NCBI GenBank assembly: GCA_965202585.1
Contig: OZ241826.1
Span: 55,428,001 to 55,492,000, forward strand
DNA length: 64,000 nucleotides
Source of the DNA: Thalia democratica
Lineage: Eukaryota
Reading direction: 5' to 3'
The first letter of the stretch is position 1. Every line of letters begins with the position of its first letter. This document shows, one piece after another, positions 63,756 to 64,000 of this stretch. The notes under the pieces are model-generated. The model searched no databases, was not told the DNA's origin, and saw only the letters and a list, made by a program, of their open reading frames with translations. Both the position numbers and the translations under genes were made by a program.

Positions 63756-64000
63756 CTAAAATAATAAAATCTAAATATTTATTTTTATTAGTTTTACTAA
63801 CTTTGTTTGTATAACTAACAGTTTAATTCTGTATGCTTCAAATATGAAAACTTACAAAAAGATGTACAGTATATGAAAAAGTAAGTATAAGTATGTATCC
63901 TGAAATAGATAAATCTAAACAATTATTTTTATTAGTTTTAAGATTTGTTTTTACTTAATTGTATTTAATTCAGTATGTTTCAAATATGAAACTTTTCAGA

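Noticed and set aside
1-64000. CRISPR arrays, tRNA, rRNA, operons or prokaryotic defence systems
   Set aside because: The window is spliced eukaryotic DNA. I saw no regularly spaced repeat-spacer array and no tRNA or rRNA signatures.

Overview
Eukaryotic, very AT-rich, intron-dense genomic DNA. It is most likely an invertebrate, and composition plus transposon content suggest Hydra or another cnidarian (inference only). Two protein-coding genes lie on the minus strand. (1) An axonemal dynein heavy chain most similar to DNAH2 (inner-arm I1/f beta). I traced 61 coding exons by hand from a putative ATG at 37905 down to 295, with GT-AG boundaries and continuous reading phase. It covers the tail, linker, AAA1-AAA4 and the start of the stalk, and continues past the left edge. 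(2) A cordon-bleu (COBL)-like gene at about 52.3-63.8 kb, with ubiquitin-like domain exons, KRAP-type proline motifs and an acidic tail; its 5' end lies beyond the right edge. Introns and the intergenic spacer hold hAT, Kolobok-like TTAA foldback, RTE and Penelope-like (PLE) remnants. The most striking region is 46.9-51.2 kb. One PLE family has inserted, with a 13-bp target-site duplication, into the endonuclease of a second PLE family. The host is paired head-to-head with a doubly deleted inverted copy of itself. Three hammerhead-ribozyme-like motifs sit at the element ends, one well formed at 49033-49093. A separate unexplained triplicated repeat at 38.5-41 kb carries a conserved hairpin followed by GAAACATATGT. 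All alignments, folds and counts were done by eye; no database searches were run.
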